In this document: positions 35,068-45,270 of the stretch, one piece after another
Numbering within the stretch: position 1 is the stretch's first letter
How the letters are laid out: each line of letters opens with the position of its first letter
From: a virus
Length of the DNA: 64,000 nt
Strand: one strand, 5' to 3'
IMG/VR virus record: IMGVR_UViG_3300045988_061913
Location: 1 to 64,000 of that record
Made by a program: the position numbers and the translations under genes
Notes under the pieces: model-generated
The model's input: the letters and a program-made list of their open reading frames with translations, nothing else
Databases searched by the model: none
What the model was told of the DNA's origin: nothing

Positions 35068-36341
35068 TGAAAGACCTCTTTACTCCTGTTACTCGTGATG
35101 AGCGACAGGAGCAATGTAAGAGAGCCTGGTTATTACATAAAGGAAGAGGCACCATAGAAGCCTGTACAGGCTTTGGTAAAACACGATGTGCTATTAATTG
35201 TTTAAAGGCTGTTCTATCTAAATATCCTACTATTAGAGCATTGGTAGTAGTCCCCACGGAACTTTTAAAGAATCAGTGGATAGATATATTAGATAAGGAA
35301 GGTCTAGGGTTAAATACAGAGGTGCAAGTTGTAAATACTACAGCAAAGAATGGATACGAATGTGACTTTTTAATCATTGATGAAATCCATAGAACTGCTG
35401 CTGAGACTTTACAATTTGTATTTAGTAAGGTTAAATACAAGTTAATTCTTGGACTAACTGCTACTCTGGAAAGACTTGACGGTAGACATACTATAGTCGA
35501 GAAATATTGCCCTGTAGTTGATAGCGTAACTATTGAAGTAGCCAAAGCCAATGGTTGGGTATCTGATTTTACTGAATATCAAGTAATTATCACAGCAGAA
35601 GACATCGAAAGCTATCGAGAGCAAAATAGGGAATTTATAAGACATTTTGAATTCTTTAACTTTGATTTTGGACTCGCAATGAGTATGGTTGGTAAAGACG
35701 GCCTCAGAAATAGGCTTAATTACAGAAACCAGATTTGTAGTAGTTCGGATAAAGCTGAGCTGTCTAATGCTTTGAAGCAGATTACCTTTCATTCTACAGC
35801 TTTTATGAGAGCTTTACAAGCTAGAAAAAAGTTTATCCATAATCATCCGGCTAAATTAGAAGTGGCTAGGGAGATTATTGCTCACAGAGCAGACAAGAAA
35901 ATTATTACATTCTCTGCTAACACTGCAATGGCAGAGAAGATAGGAGTAGGATATGTTTACACTGGCAAAGAAAGTAAAAAACAAAACAGAATTACACTTG
36001 AGGAGTTCGCCCTACTAGACAAGGGCGTGATTAATAGCTGTAAATTGGCTATTGAAGGTTTTGATTGTCCCGGTCTATCGGTCGGGATAATGCTTGGAGT
36101 TGACTCTAGTAGCACAAAAAGCACTCAAGCCGCTGGTAGGGTCATTAGAAAAGAAGGTTCTAAATACTCTGAAATATTCACATTAGTGCTAGAAGATACC
36201 ATTGAACAAGAATGGTTTAAGAAGTCTCATCAAAAGAGCGAGTATGTTACTATTGATGTAGATAACTTACGAAAGTTACTTAATGGAGAGCCTTGGGAAC
36301 CTTACAAGAAAAAATTGCAGAATTTTACCTATCGTTTTTAA
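35064..36341 (+). CDS. Superfamily-2 DNA/RNA helicase (DEAD/DEAH-box like)
   Basis: Walker A ACTGFGKT, DExH box IIDEIH, motif III TATLER and C-terminal motif VI-like QAAGRVIR. Confidence 0.7.
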   Translation: MMKDLFTPVTRDERQEQCKRAWLLHKGRGTIEACTGFGKTRCAINCLKAVLSKYPTIRALVVVPTELLKNQWIDILDKEGLGLNTEVQVVNTTAKNGYECDFLIIDEIHRTAAETLQFVFSKVKYKLILGLTATLERLDGRHTIVEKYCPVVDSVTIEVAKANGWVSDFTEYQVIITAEDIESYREQNREFIRHFEFFNFDFGLAMSMVGKDGLRNRLNYRNQICSSSDKAELSNALKQITFHSTAFMRALQARKKFIHNHPAKLEVAREIIAHRADKKIITFSANTAMAEKIGVGYVYTGKESKKQNRITLEEFALLDKGVINSCKLAIEGFDCPGLSVGIMLGVDSSSTKSTQAAGRVIRKEGSKYSEIFTLVLEDTIEQEWFKKSHQKSEYVTIDVDNLRKLLNGEPWEPYKKKLQNFTYRF

Positions 36342-36499
36342 TCATGGAAACTTATTACACTAAAAAAGAGTTTAATGAGATGAAGTCTGCTTTGACTAAG
36401 AAGTGCAAAGCATTGGAAACTAAAGTTAGTAAGCTTACCGCTGAATTGAAGGAATTAAAGAAGGACTATGCAGTACTTCTTGAAACTGCCAGCGAATAA
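36293..36499 (+). CDS. Small coiled-coil protein (68 aa)
   Basis: ORF in the track. Confidence 0.3.
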   Translation: MGTLQEKIAEFYLSFLIMETYYTKKEFNEMKSALTKKCKALETKVSKLTAELKELKKDYAVLLETASE

Positions 36500-36599
36500 A
36501 GTTGAGGACTAAAGTTTATCACGTAACCAAGTTTTAACGCTTTAACAAGTAAACTAGACTTGGTGTATAGATTAGTAGAAAATCTATTAATTTGTACAC

Positions 36600-37205
36600 G
36601 TGAAAAATCTTGAACTGAAACAGCAACTTTTGTTTTGTGAAAAATATAGCATAAACCCAAGTGAGCTGTTGTTGTTAGAAATTCTTCTTATCGCCCAAGA
36701 GGGTGATGAACCCGAAATTGTCCACGAGTATTTCTCTTCTAGAGTATGCGCTCGTGGTTTTACAATAGAACTATTAACTGGACTTCGCGATGCTGGAGTT
36801 ATTCATAAATCCTATAAGATTCCTGAGAAAGGGTCTGTATTTAACCCACTAGATGTTCCTCTAAATAAGTTAGTTGTGAAAGACTTTTATAAGTGTTCAT
36901 TCGACTTAGGTAAGGAATTGTGGGATACTTATCCATTATTTGGAATAGTTAATAATACACAAGTGGGTCTGAAAAGCGTATCTAAGAAATTTGATACAAT
37001 TGAAGACTTCTATAGGTTTTATGGTAAAACTATCAGATGGAAGCCAGAAACTCATAACTATATTATAGAGTTAGTTAAGTGGGCTAATGAACACAATATA
37101 TTGTGTACCACAATAGCTAATTTTGTAATAGACCATAAGTGGGAAGAACTAGAGGCATTAAAGAATGAAGGCGGAGTTAATTATGATTCTATGAGATTAC
37201 TATGA
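36600..37205 (+). CDS. Hypothetical protein (201 aa); positionally a candidate replication initiator or helicase loader
   Basis: ORF in the track, immediately upstream of the DnaB-like helicase; inference from position only. Confidence 0.45.
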   Translation: MKNLELKQQLLFCEKYSINPSELLLLEILLIAQEGDEPEIVHEYFSSRVCARGFTIELLTGLRDAGVIHKSYKIPEKGSVFNPLDVPLNKLVVKDFYKCSFDLGKELWDTYPLFGIVNNTQVGLKSVSKKFDTIEDFYRFYGKTIRWKPETHNYIIELVKWANEHNILCTTIANFVIDHKWEELEALKNEGGVNYDSMRLL

Positions 37206-38233
37206 TTTCTGATAAACTTCTCAATGAAATTGATAGAGGTAGACAGGGACTAAATCATGGTATTTCTATGAAACTTCCTAAGCTAGAGAGTATTATTGAT
37301 GGAGTTACTAGGGAAACCTATACTTTAATTCTATCAAACTCTGGTGCAGGTAAGACTTCGTTTGCCTTATATGCTTATGTATATCGACCACTAATGGAAC
37401 ATCTTGATGATGATGATTTTAAGGTATTGTATTTCAGTCTTGAAATGGGAGAAGTAGCTTTGTATATTAAGCTGTTATCCATATATATATTTGAGACCTA
37501 TGGAATCCAACTATCTTTTAAGAAGATATTGTCAAGAGAAAAAGAATATATTTTATCTGATGAGCATTATGACTTAGTTAAGCAATGTATGCCTTGGATA
37601 GATAAGATTAGTAAGAAGTTAGAAATCTATGACAAGAAGGTAACTCCGAAGAAGGTATATGCCATCTTGAAAACTAGGTTGGAGGAAATGGGAACCTTTT
37701 CTGAAAGTGAAACCCGCCTCGTCTATACTCCAAATAATCCTAATCTTATTTATAATGTAGTCGTAGACCATATTGGTCTTGTTGGTACAAAGCCTGATAT
37801 TGATTTGTTGTCTAGCTATCTTCTTTTTCTTAGAGATAAGTGTTTTATTAGTCCTGTAGTAATACAGCAAGCTAATAGAGAGCAAGGAAATATTGAGAGG
37901 TTTAAACAAGGCAAAAGTGCGTTTACTATTCACGATGCTAAGGATTCAGGTAATACTGTGCAAGATTGTAATATCATGATTGCATTGTATAATCCTCACA
38001 GAGATGGATTGAAAACTTATAAACATTACAATATTGAGTATCTAGGCTCTTATTATAGGAGTATTATGGTACTTAAGAACCGATATGGGGATTGCGATGT
38101 TGAGATTGGAGTAAACTTCTTTGGATGGATTAATATGTTCTACGAGCTGCCGAAGCCCGATGAAATTTATGATTATGAGAGATATACAAGTCCAAACTAT
38201 ATATTAGAAGATAATAGTTCTATTGTAGAATAG
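37202..38233 (+). CDS. DnaB-family replicative DNA helicase (RecA-like C-terminal domain)
   Basis: Walker A SNSGAGKTSFAL, DnaB H1a-like FSLEMG and Walker B VVVDHIGL. Confidence 0.6.
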   Translation: MISDKLLNEIDRGRQGLNHGISMKLPKLESIIDGVTRETYTLILSNSGAGKTSFALYAYVYRPLMEHLDDDDFKVLYFSLEMGEVALYIKLLSIYIFETYGIQLSFKKILSREKEYILSDEHYDLVKQCMPWIDKISKKLEIYDKKVTPKKVYAILKTRLEEMGTFSESETRLVYTPNNPNLIYNVVVDHIGLVGTKPDIDLLSSYLLFLRDKCFISPVVIQQANREQGNIERFKQGKSAFTIHDAKDSGNTVQDCNIMIALYNPHRDGLKTYKHYNIEYLGSYYRSIMVLKNRYGDCDVEIGVNFFGWINMFYELPKPDEIYDYERYTSPNYILEDNSSIVE

Positions 38234-38295
38234 GAGCTAGATGATATTACAGAATTAGATAATTCAAATTCGAATCTTAATTTTGCATTATAATA

Positions 38296-38991
38296 ATGGC
38301 TGCTGAAACAATTGCTATCGTAGGTGAATCAGGTACTGGAAAAAGTACAAGTTTAAGAAATCTTAATCCCGAAACTACTTTTATTATAAGTACTACGGGT
38401 AAACCCCTTCCCTTCCGTGCATGGAAGAAGAAGTATATTCCCATCAAAGTCGAAGGAAAGAACGTGAGTGGTAACTACTATGTAAGTTCAAAGTGGGACC
38501 AAATACTGAAAATGCTTCAATTTATTGATAAGATGATGCCACACATCAAGCAGGTAATCATTGATGACTTCCAATATGTTCTCTCTTATGAGTTCGTTGA
38601 TAGAGCAACTGAAGTTGGTTATACTAAGTTTAGTGAATTAGCTCAACACGCTATGGAAATTCTGAGATATTCAGAAAAGATGAGAGAGGATTGCAAAATG
38701 ATCTTCTTGACTCACTCAGAAAATGTTGGAGACAACGTTAATCCTAAGTATGTTATCAAGACTGTTGGTAAGTTGCTGTCTGAAAAAGTAACCTTGGAAG
38801 GTTTGTTTACATATATCTTCTTTACTAAAGTAAACGAAGGAGACTCCGGTAGAATGGAGTATAAGCTTATCACTAACAATGATGGTAGCTGTGTAGCAAA
38901 GACTTCTTTGGGAATGTTTGAAGACTTAGAAATTGATAATGATTTGGATGAGATTATTAAAGTTATTGACGCTTATAACGAAGGGGAATAA
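38296..38991 (+). CDS. P-loop ATPase (Sak4-like RecA-family recombination/replication protein?)
   Basis: Walker A GESGTGKST at the N-terminus and Walker B-like VIIDDF; size (~230 aa) is typical of phage Sak4-type proteins. Confidence 0.45.
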   Translation: MAAETIAIVGESGTGKSTSLRNLNPETTFIISTTGKPLPFRAWKKKYIPIKVEGKNVSGNYYVSSKWDQILKMLQFIDKMMPHIKQVIIDDFQYVLSYEFVDRATEVGYTKFSELAQHAMEILRYSEKMREDCKMIFLTHSENVGDNVNPKYVIKTVGKLLSEKVTLEGLFTYIFFTKVNEGDSGRMEYKLITNNDGSCVAKTSLGMFEDLEIDNDLDEIIKVIDAYNEGE

Positions 38992-39566
38992 TGAAATTAG
39001 ACATACTGTTTCACTATGATGTGAATGAGCAAACGGGTGAAATCACCTATATTGGTAAAGAAGAAATCCATGTTGACACCGTAGCTACTAAGAAAGCTGC
39101 AAGTAGTAAATCTTCATCTGCTAAGGTAGATGAAAATCCTGAACCTATTATTACGCTTGATTCTAACAAGTTGATTTTGACCCAAGGGGCAGTAGACTTG
39201 TTACAAGTCTGTGCAGATTGTCGTGTAGACATCAAGTATAAGAAAAAGGATAAGAAGGCAGTTCCTATTATTGGAACCGATGCTGCTTTCGGTACTAAGG
39301 CTGGAAACAAGCTGACTAAAAGTAATACTGTAAGTTATAGAGGAGCTGCTAACGAAAAGCTTTCTGCTTACGGTACTGTCTTTAAGTTGGAACCTACAGA
39401 GGATAAAGGAATTTATTATCTGATAGGAGACAAGGTACAGGAGTCAAATCCTGTGCCGGAAGAGATAATTGATATCGAAAAAGAACTCGATATAGAAGCA
39501 TTAGATAATTTAAACATAGACGAAGATGACAAAAACTTAGAAAAATTTGATTTTAATTTGAATTAA
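38991..39566 (+). CDS. Hypothetical protein with acidic C-terminus (191 aa)
   Basis: ORF in the track. Confidence 0.45.
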   Translation: MKLDILFHYDVNEQTGEITYIGKEEIHVDTVATKKAASSKSSSAKVDENPEPIITLDSNKLILTQGAVDLLQVCADCRVDIKYKKKDKKAVPIIGTDAAFGTKAGNKLTKSNTVSYRGAANEKLSAYGTVFKLEPTEDKGIYYLIGDKVQESNPVPEEIIDIEKELDIEALDNLNIDEDDKNLEKFDFNLN

Positions 39567-39568
39567 TT

Positions 39569-40264
39569 ATGGCATTTAATTTTGGTATATCAGCAGACTC
39601 AGCAGTAAGAAACACACGTCGTCCTTTAACCCCTTGGAATATCCATGATGTAAAATTCATGGGTTGCGAAATCAAGGAATTTGATGGGAAGAAGGACCCA
39701 ACAGCCCACTATAAGGTTTTGTCTATCAATTTTGAGAACGAAGATGGTTACTTCTCAGTAACTCAATTCTTCCCGAAAGCTGGTGATGATGAGAGACGAG
39801 AATTTGATAGTAAGAATGGTGGAAAGGTAGTGATGCCCTCCAACTTCGAAACTTTGATGGCTGTAGTTAAACAGACTGCGCAGGTTCTTAACCCTGCAGG
39901 ATTCGAAAAGATGCAAGCAGCTAGCTCTAAATTTAAGAGCTTCGATGATGTAGCTAAGGCTCTGATTACTATAACTGAAAAAGTTAAAGGTACAGAGACT
40001 AAGTTGAAGTTGATTGGTAGAAACCGTGATGGTAAAGTAGTTGCTGATATACCTCGTATCGTAGGTATTAACAAACAAGGTGAGTCGTTCATCTCTGATA
40101 ACTATATTGGTGACAAGCTGTTCTTCTCTGACTATGAGGAGGGAGAACGTCAGAAGTATCTGAAAGCTAAGCCTACCGAAATGAAGTCAGAAGACCCGAT
40201 TGCAGATGTTGCCGGTGTAGATGCTGCACTAGGAAATGACTTCGATCTTGACAACTTGCTATAA
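39569..40264 (+). CDS. Hypothetical protein with an acidic C-terminal tail DFDLDNLL (possible SSB-like DNA-binding protein)
   Basis: ORF in the track; the acidic tail resembles SSB tails; weak. Confidence 0.45.
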   Translation: MAFNFGISADSAVRNTRRPLTPWNIHDVKFMGCEIKEFDGKKDPTAHYKVLSINFENEDGYFSVTQFFPKAGDDERREFDSKNGGKVVMPSNFETLMAVVKQTAQVLNPAGFEKMQAASSKFKSFDDVAKALITITEKVKGTETKLKLIGRNRDGKVVADIPRIVGINKQGESFISDNYIGDKLFFSDYEEGERQKYLKAKPTEMKSEDPIADVAGVDAALGNDFDLDNLL

Positions 40265-40298
40265 TGATTTGTTAGTAGAGTAATTCATAAATTCCTTA

Positions 40299-41318
40299 GT
40301 GACTATGTTTGATTATACTTTTGAACCCAAAATTACTAAGGAATTTCTTCTATCTAAGAACAATGAGGAGACTTACATGACTTATTATCTGGGTATTCCA
40401 GTTAAGAAAGGACTGTTCAAGTCTCCTTTGCGTAGTGACAGTCATGTCACCTGCAGCTTTTTTAGAGGAAAATCTGGAAACTTATATTTTAAGGACTTTG
40501 CTTCCGGAAAATGTTTGACATTCGAAGGGGTAGTTATGGAAAAGTATAATTGTAACTATCACACTGCTTTAAAGATTATAGCTAAGGACTTTGGATATAC
40601 TAAGGATTCTCCTGTAAAGAAGATTGCAGTAAAAATCCAGCCGAAATTTGAGGAAGAAAAACAAACCTTCATCCAAATAGAAGCTAAGGAGTTCTCAGAA
40701 CCTGAGTTGAAGTGGTGGGGAAGCTTTGGTATTACTAAAGATATTCTACATAGGTTTAAGGTATACAGTTGTAGTACTGTATTCTTAAATGGAAATATAT
40801 ATGCACAGTCTGCCCAACATAGTCCTATCTATGGATATTATTTTGGGAAGAAAGAGAACATCGAGCAATGGCGTATTTATATGCCAAAACGAAAGGAGTT
40901 TAGATTCATAGGTAATGTTTCTACTAAGACTATTCAAGGCTATAAACAATTAGCTAAGACTGGAAAACTGGTAGTAATAACTAAGTCTATGAAAGATGTA
41001 ATGTGTTTATATTCTTTAGGAATACCAGCTATAGCTCCCAACTCTGAGACTCAGTTTGTTTCTGACAAAGTTTTAGAAGAATTAAAGCAGAGATTCAAAT
41101 ACATTGTGTTGCTATATGATAATGACCTAACTGGAGTTCGTTTTACTAATAAGATTAGGAAACAACATCCAGAATTAATCGTATCAATGATTCCCAGAAA
41201 CACAGGAGCTAAGGATATAAGTGATTACTATAGGGACTATGGAAGAAAAGCTACTCAGGAGTTGATTAAGTTAACTATTGACAAATTTAAAAGAAATGGT
41301 ATTTTACGTAGTAATTAA
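40299..41318 (+). CDS. DNA primase (DnaG-like; zinc-binding N-terminus plus TOPRIM domain)
   Basis: SPLRSDSHVTCSFF zinc-finger-like region, then TOPRIM acidic motifs VITKSMKDV...LLYDNDLTG. Confidence 0.6.
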   Translation: MTMFDYTFEPKITKEFLLSKNNEETYMTYYLGIPVKKGLFKSPLRSDSHVTCSFFRGKSGNLYFKDFASGKCLTFEGVVMEKYNCNYHTALKIIAKDFGYTKDSPVKKIAVKIQPKFEEEKQTFIQIEAKEFSEPELKWWGSFGITKDILHRFKVYSCSTVFLNGNIYAQSAQHSPIYGYYFGKKENIEQWRIYMPKRKEFRFIGNVSTKTIQGYKQLAKTGKLVVITKSMKDVMCLYSLGIPAIAPNSETQFVSDKVLEELKQRFKYIVLLYDNDLTGVRFTNKIRKQHPELIVSMIPRNTGAKDISDYYRDYGRKATQELIKLTIDKFKRNGILRSN

Positions 41319-41472
41319 TGATACTGGAGAAAACTTTATTTCTGGAGACGAAGAAGCACTAATATCCAAATTTCCTAGACAGACAGTATATAGGTGTGAG
41401 CTTCCAGCCGGAGCGTGTGTAAATACACAAGACTTATTGGACTTTATAAATGAGCAACTCGTTATTGACTAG
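41278..41472 (+). CDS. Hypothetical protein (64 aa)
   Basis: ORF in the track. Confidence 0.3.
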   Translation: MTNLKEMVFYVVINDTGENFISGDEEALISKFPRQTVYRCELPAGACVNTQDLLDFINEQLVID

Positions 41473-41783
41473 AGAAACCCTAGAGATGTAAAGTTAATGA
41501 AAAAATAAATAGAATAAACGGAATGAAAAAGTAGACTAATATAAGTGTTACAGCTACATTTAAAAATGGAGAAAAGAAAACCTTCGAAACTATAGAAGAA
41601 GCCTCAGAAGTAACTGGCTTAGAGATAAACTCTATTAAAGCTAGGGCTAATAAACCTGGCTCTGGAGCTAAATCGAAAGATGGAATTACCTTTGAATGGG
41701 CAGATCCTGCAGTTAGAAGAAGTAAGCAAGCGAAGAAAAGTAAACAAAAAGGTTCTCAATATGAGTTAGAAATAATTCATAAA

Positions 41784-42068
41784 TTGAGAGATGTTGGATA
41801 TGAAGGATGTGTATCTAGTAGAAGCCAGAACAAACTGGCTGATGCTGACAAAATAGATATTGTTGATATGAACAATGAACTTCCAGTTAATATCCAAGCC
41901 AAGTTTACCCAAAATATGCCAAACTATTTTGACATTAGGGACGCTTGTAGTGATAAATCTAAACCGTTCTGTATATGTTGGAAGAAGGCAGGAAAGAACG
42001 GGGCACCTAGCGTGGGTCAAGTAGCTGTAATACCTATAGAATATTTTTATGAATTGCTTAAGAAATGA
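41784..42068 (+). CDS. Hypothetical protein; the reading frame is open upstream to ~41538 without an ATG, and the upstream part has a homing-endonuclease-like HTH/NUMOD motif
   Basis: In-frame upstream translation gives KTFETIEEASEVTGLEINSIKARAN...KDGITFEW. Confidence 0.4.
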   Translation: MRDVGYEGCVSSRSQNKLADADKIDIVDMNNELPVNIQAKFTQNMPNYFDIRDACSDKSKPFCICWKKAGKNGAPSVGQVAVIPIEYFYELLKK

Positions 42069-42313
42069 AAAAGTTAATAGTTAAAGGTCCAATTCCTACG
42101 ATTAAGAACTGTGTAGTTAATGACTTTGATGACGAGTATGCCCTCTATTTGAGGACAGCTAAGAAGAATTGGAGAACTGAGGAAGCATTTTCTCTAGAAT
42201 TTGACTCTACATTATCTGATTTGAAAAAGAGTCACTTTGTCTACGTGGATAGAGAAGACCTTGAACTTTTAATTAAGAAGCGATTAAATGTTATTGAAGT
42301 AATCGAGTTATGA
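42065..42313 (+). CDS. Hypothetical protein (82 aa)
   Basis: ORF in the track. Confidence 0.4.
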   Translation: MKKLIVKGPIPTIKNCVVNDFDDEYALYLRTAKKNWRTEEAFSLEFDSTLSDLKKSHFVYVDREDLELLIKKRLNVIEVIEL

Positions 42314-42531
42314 ACACATATTTATTTCCATGGCATACAGATGAAGTCTGTAGAATTGGTAAAGTGGTAGCTAGAAGCTACGAGGATTGTGAAGAAAAAA
42401 TAAAGAGTATGTATATAAATAAATACGACGATTTAGATGATCTTCTGGATTATGATGATTTCTGTATAGAACTTGCTGAAAAACATGGAATATATTTAGG
42501 AGACGTATCTGAGATAAATGAATTTATGTAA
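42310..42531 (+). CDS. Hypothetical acidic protein (73 aa)
   Basis: ORF in the track. Confidence 0.4.
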   Translation: MNTYLFPWHTDEVCRIGKVVARSYEDCEEKIKSMYINKYDDLDDLLDYDDFCIELAEKHGIYLGDVSEINEFM

Positions 42532-43036
42532 TTCATTAAGGATAGCGTTAGACTTGGATGACACAATCTTCGATTTCTGGGGAGCATATAAAACACTATT
42601 CCCTAGAGAATCAGATTTAGTCGAGCACGTAATTACACGAAACGTAGTAAGTCTTCGCTACAACAAGGAGTTTTGGGAAAATTTACCCTTGCTAGAAAAG
42701 CCGAATTTCGAGCCGCATATTTATGCGACTAAAAGAATTAACAGTAAAACTTATACTCGAAATTGTCTAGCTAAATACAATTTACCCATAAGACCTATTT
42801 ATCAAATGTATTATCAGCACGGAAACAAGGCTGACTTGATAAAAGGCAAATGCGATGTATTAATCGACGACAGTATTAGTAATGTGACTATGGCAATAAA
42901 CTCTGGACTTCCAGCATTGCTAATAGATAGGCCACATAACCAGAATGGAGATCCTTTATTCCGCATTTATAGTTTAGATATTGACGAAATTAGATTTGCA
43001 TATGAATTAGAATTAGCAACTTTAGGATGGAATTAA
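42518..43036 (+). CDS. HAD-family 5-prime(3-prime)-deoxyribonucleotidase-like phosphatase
   Basis: Motif I LDLDDTIFD and motif IV DVLIDD. Confidence 0.55.
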   Translation: MNLCNSLRIALDLDDTIFDFWGAYKTLFPRESDLVEHVITRNVVSLRYNKEFWENLPLLEKPNFEPHIYATKRINSKTYTRNCLAKYNLPIRPIYQMYYQHGNKADLIKGKCDVLIDDSISNVTMAINSGLPALLIDRPHNQNGDPLFRIYSLDIDEIRFAYELELATLGWN

Positions 43037-44076
43037 AAGATATCAAGCTTAGGCCGCTGCTAGACACACTAAGATTGGAGAAGATAAGTGATAAGGTATA
43101 TTTTTCTGAACAGTACAGTGGATACGTTAGTAATTCCCGTTTAGGATTAATTAATCCTCGGCAGGATGGTAATCCAGATAAATTCTTTACTGGGTTTAAA
43201 AATACTTTCTCTTCTGCTCTGGAACTTGGAAGTGCTGTACACGAATTGGTGCTACAGCCAGATAGTTTTGAACTGTCAGAAGACATTGGTAAACCTACTG
43301 CAAAGTTAGGAGCAATGGCTAATGAACTCTATCCCGTTTTTCTAAAAGGAGAAGTGACATTTGACGATGTAAAGAAAGCATCAGACAAGGTCGAATATTA
43401 TAAGGGAAAGCTTACCAAGGAACTAGCTAAATCTGTGATTGAAGCTTCTACTAACTATTGGAAGAATAGACAGCTAAAAGAATTTGATTTAACACAAGAT
43501 AAGGAAATTATATATCTTGACAACAAATCACTAGAAATCGTAAAGTCTTGTGTATCAGCATTAAATAGCAATAAGCAAGTGCAGAAACTTTTACATCCTG
43601 AAGGGATAACTAAAACACCTATTTCTGAAAATGAGCAAGCTATTTTATTGGACGTGGAGGCGACCTGCCCTAATGGAAAAAAGTTTATCTTACACCTGAA
43701 GTCCAAACTAGATAATTATACAATAGATACAGAAACTAACACTATTGTAGTGAATGATATTAAGACGATTGGAAAAATCGTTAGTGAAATTGATACCAAT
43801 ATCAATAAGTATCACTATAGTAGGGAGTTTGCGATGTATTTATACCTTCTGAAGTTGTGTGCTGAAAAGTTCTATAACTTGGAGAATCCAAAATTGCAAG
43901 CTAATTACTTAGTAGTTTCTACCATTCCGAACTTTTATAGTAAGGTTAGGCCAGTTACTTATTTGGAATTGCGACAAGGATTTCATGAGTTCAAGACTCT
44001 TTTGAAGTATGTAGCCTATCAGATAGGTTATAGAGACTATTCTCTTGATGAACGACCTTCAAAATATCAGCTTTGA
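43027..44076 (+). CDS. Hypothetical protein (349 aa), possible PD-(D/E)xK-type nuclease
   Basis: ORF in the track; weak D...E.K-like pattern LLDVEATCPNGKK; positionally within the replication/recombination module. Confidence 0.45.
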   Translation: MELKDIKLRPLLDTLRLEKISDKVYFSEQYSGYVSNSRLGLINPRQDGNPDKFFTGFKNTFSSALELGSAVHELVLQPDSFELSEDIGKPTAKLGAMANELYPVFLKGEVTFDDVKKASDKVEYYKGKLTKELAKSVIEASTNYWKNRQLKEFDLTQDKEIIYLDNKSLEIVKSCVSALNSNKQVQKLLHPEGITKTPISENEQAILLDVEATCPNGKKFILHLKSKLDNYTIDTETNTIVVNDIKTIGKIVSEIDTNINKYHYSREFAMYLYLLKLCAEKFYNLENPKLQANYLVVSTIPNFYSKVRPVTYLELRQGFHEFKTLLKYVAYQIGYRDYSLDERPSKYQL

Positions 44077-44398
44077 ACAATTGTCATCAATTTACTCAAA
44101 ATACTTTACCTTAAACTACCTAGGGAGCAATATGGGTGATAAACTAGCCTGTATTGCTCTTACTTGTTATATAACTAATGAGTTAAAGAAAAAAGGTCAA
44201 AAGGTAACGTGTTATGATGTTTTATTGAAAGTCGGAAAAGATTTTAGGGAAGGAGAAAAAAATACCTTTCTGAAGTCTTTAGGGGCTATCTGTGAGGATT
44301 TAATGTATGGGTGTACCACTTTTCTTGACTTTGGTATTAAGCCGAAAGATATGCCCAAACAGCTCCAGATTTTGCTCGACAATTATGTACCGTTTTAA
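44045..44398 (+). CDS. Hypothetical protein (117 aa)
   Basis: ORF in the track. Confidence 0.4.
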   Translation: MMNDLQNISFEQLSSIYSKYFTLNYLGSNMGDKLACIALTCYITNELKKKGQKVTCYDVLLKVGKDFREGEKNTFLKSLGAICEDLMYGCTTFLDFGIKPKDMPKQLQILLDNYVPF

Positions 44399-44579
44399 GA
44401 GATTTTTAGTTAAGAGGATTTTAACGTCCTTTAACATAAAATTAACATTTGAAGATTAGGGTTTCTATGTATGATGTAGTATAATTGATTACATCAGTAA
44501 GGGAAACAATACTGATTAGATACGGAAAAATAATTTCAGATTATATGTTAATGATTTATGTTTAAAAATTTTATTTATT

Positions 44580-45137
44580 ATGAGTACAACGATTTTGAAT
44601 TTTAAGAAAGTAGAAGTAGTAGCAGAAAGCAAAGAAGCAGCAATCGCACAAGTTGAAAGCACATTATTCCACGTAAATGGTGATGCAACTCAGGCTTACA
44701 AAAATTGGAAAGCTAAACAGACTAAGGGTATTACTGAGCGTGATGTAAAAGAGTTTATGCTTGAATATCTCGCTAAGAAAGGCAAGAACTGCCCCGGTGC
44801 TGGTTATCTGATTACTATTGAATCGTCTGTTGCAGACACTCGTGAGCGTCCGTACAAGGTTGACGATGTTAAAGGTGACGGAAAGCGTAAGTTTAGGACT
44901 TTCTACAAGTGGATTGACAAAGAAACTAAGACTGTTGTTTGCCAAGTTAATACTAACAAAGCTGACGCTAAGAACGCAATCAAAGAATTGTATAAGAGCG
45001 GTGAGTATAAAGGAAATGCTGAGTTGGTGAAAACTAAGGATGTTGTTGAAGGACAGGCAGTAGTAGCAACTGCACAATATACTCCTTCTAAGAATACCAA
45101 GAATGGTACTTGGTTAGCTTTCGGTATCGAAGCCTAA
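44580..45137 (+). CDS. Hypothetical Lys-rich protein (185 aa) in its own transcription unit
   Basis: Preceded by a ~180 nt AT-rich noncoding tract and followed by a strong terminator. Confidence 0.55.
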   Translation: MSTTILNFKKVEVVAESKEAAIAQVESTLFHVNGDATQAYKNWKAKQTKGITERDVKEFMLEYLAKKGKNCPGAGYLITIESSVADTRERPYKVDDVKGDGKRKFRTFYKWIDKETKTVVCQVNTNKADAKNAIKELYKSGEYKGNAELVKTKDVVEGQAVVATAQYTPSKNTKNGTWLAFGIEA

Positions 45138-45161
45138 TTTCTTGAAAGATATACGTTTAAA

Positions 45162-45199
45162 AGGAAGATTGCCTAAGGGTGGTCTTCCTTTTTTATTTT
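45162..45199 (+). terminator. Rho-independent terminator (stem AGGAAGA/TCTTCCT followed by TTTTTTATTTT)
   Basis: 7-bp stem with a 14-nt loop and a long T-tract, 25 nt after the stop of the preceding gene. Confidence 0.7.
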
Positions 45200-45270
45200 G
45201 AGATAAGCAATATTTAATAGATATTAAACGTAATTTAATTATGGAAGTGCAACAACTAATTAACAATTAA

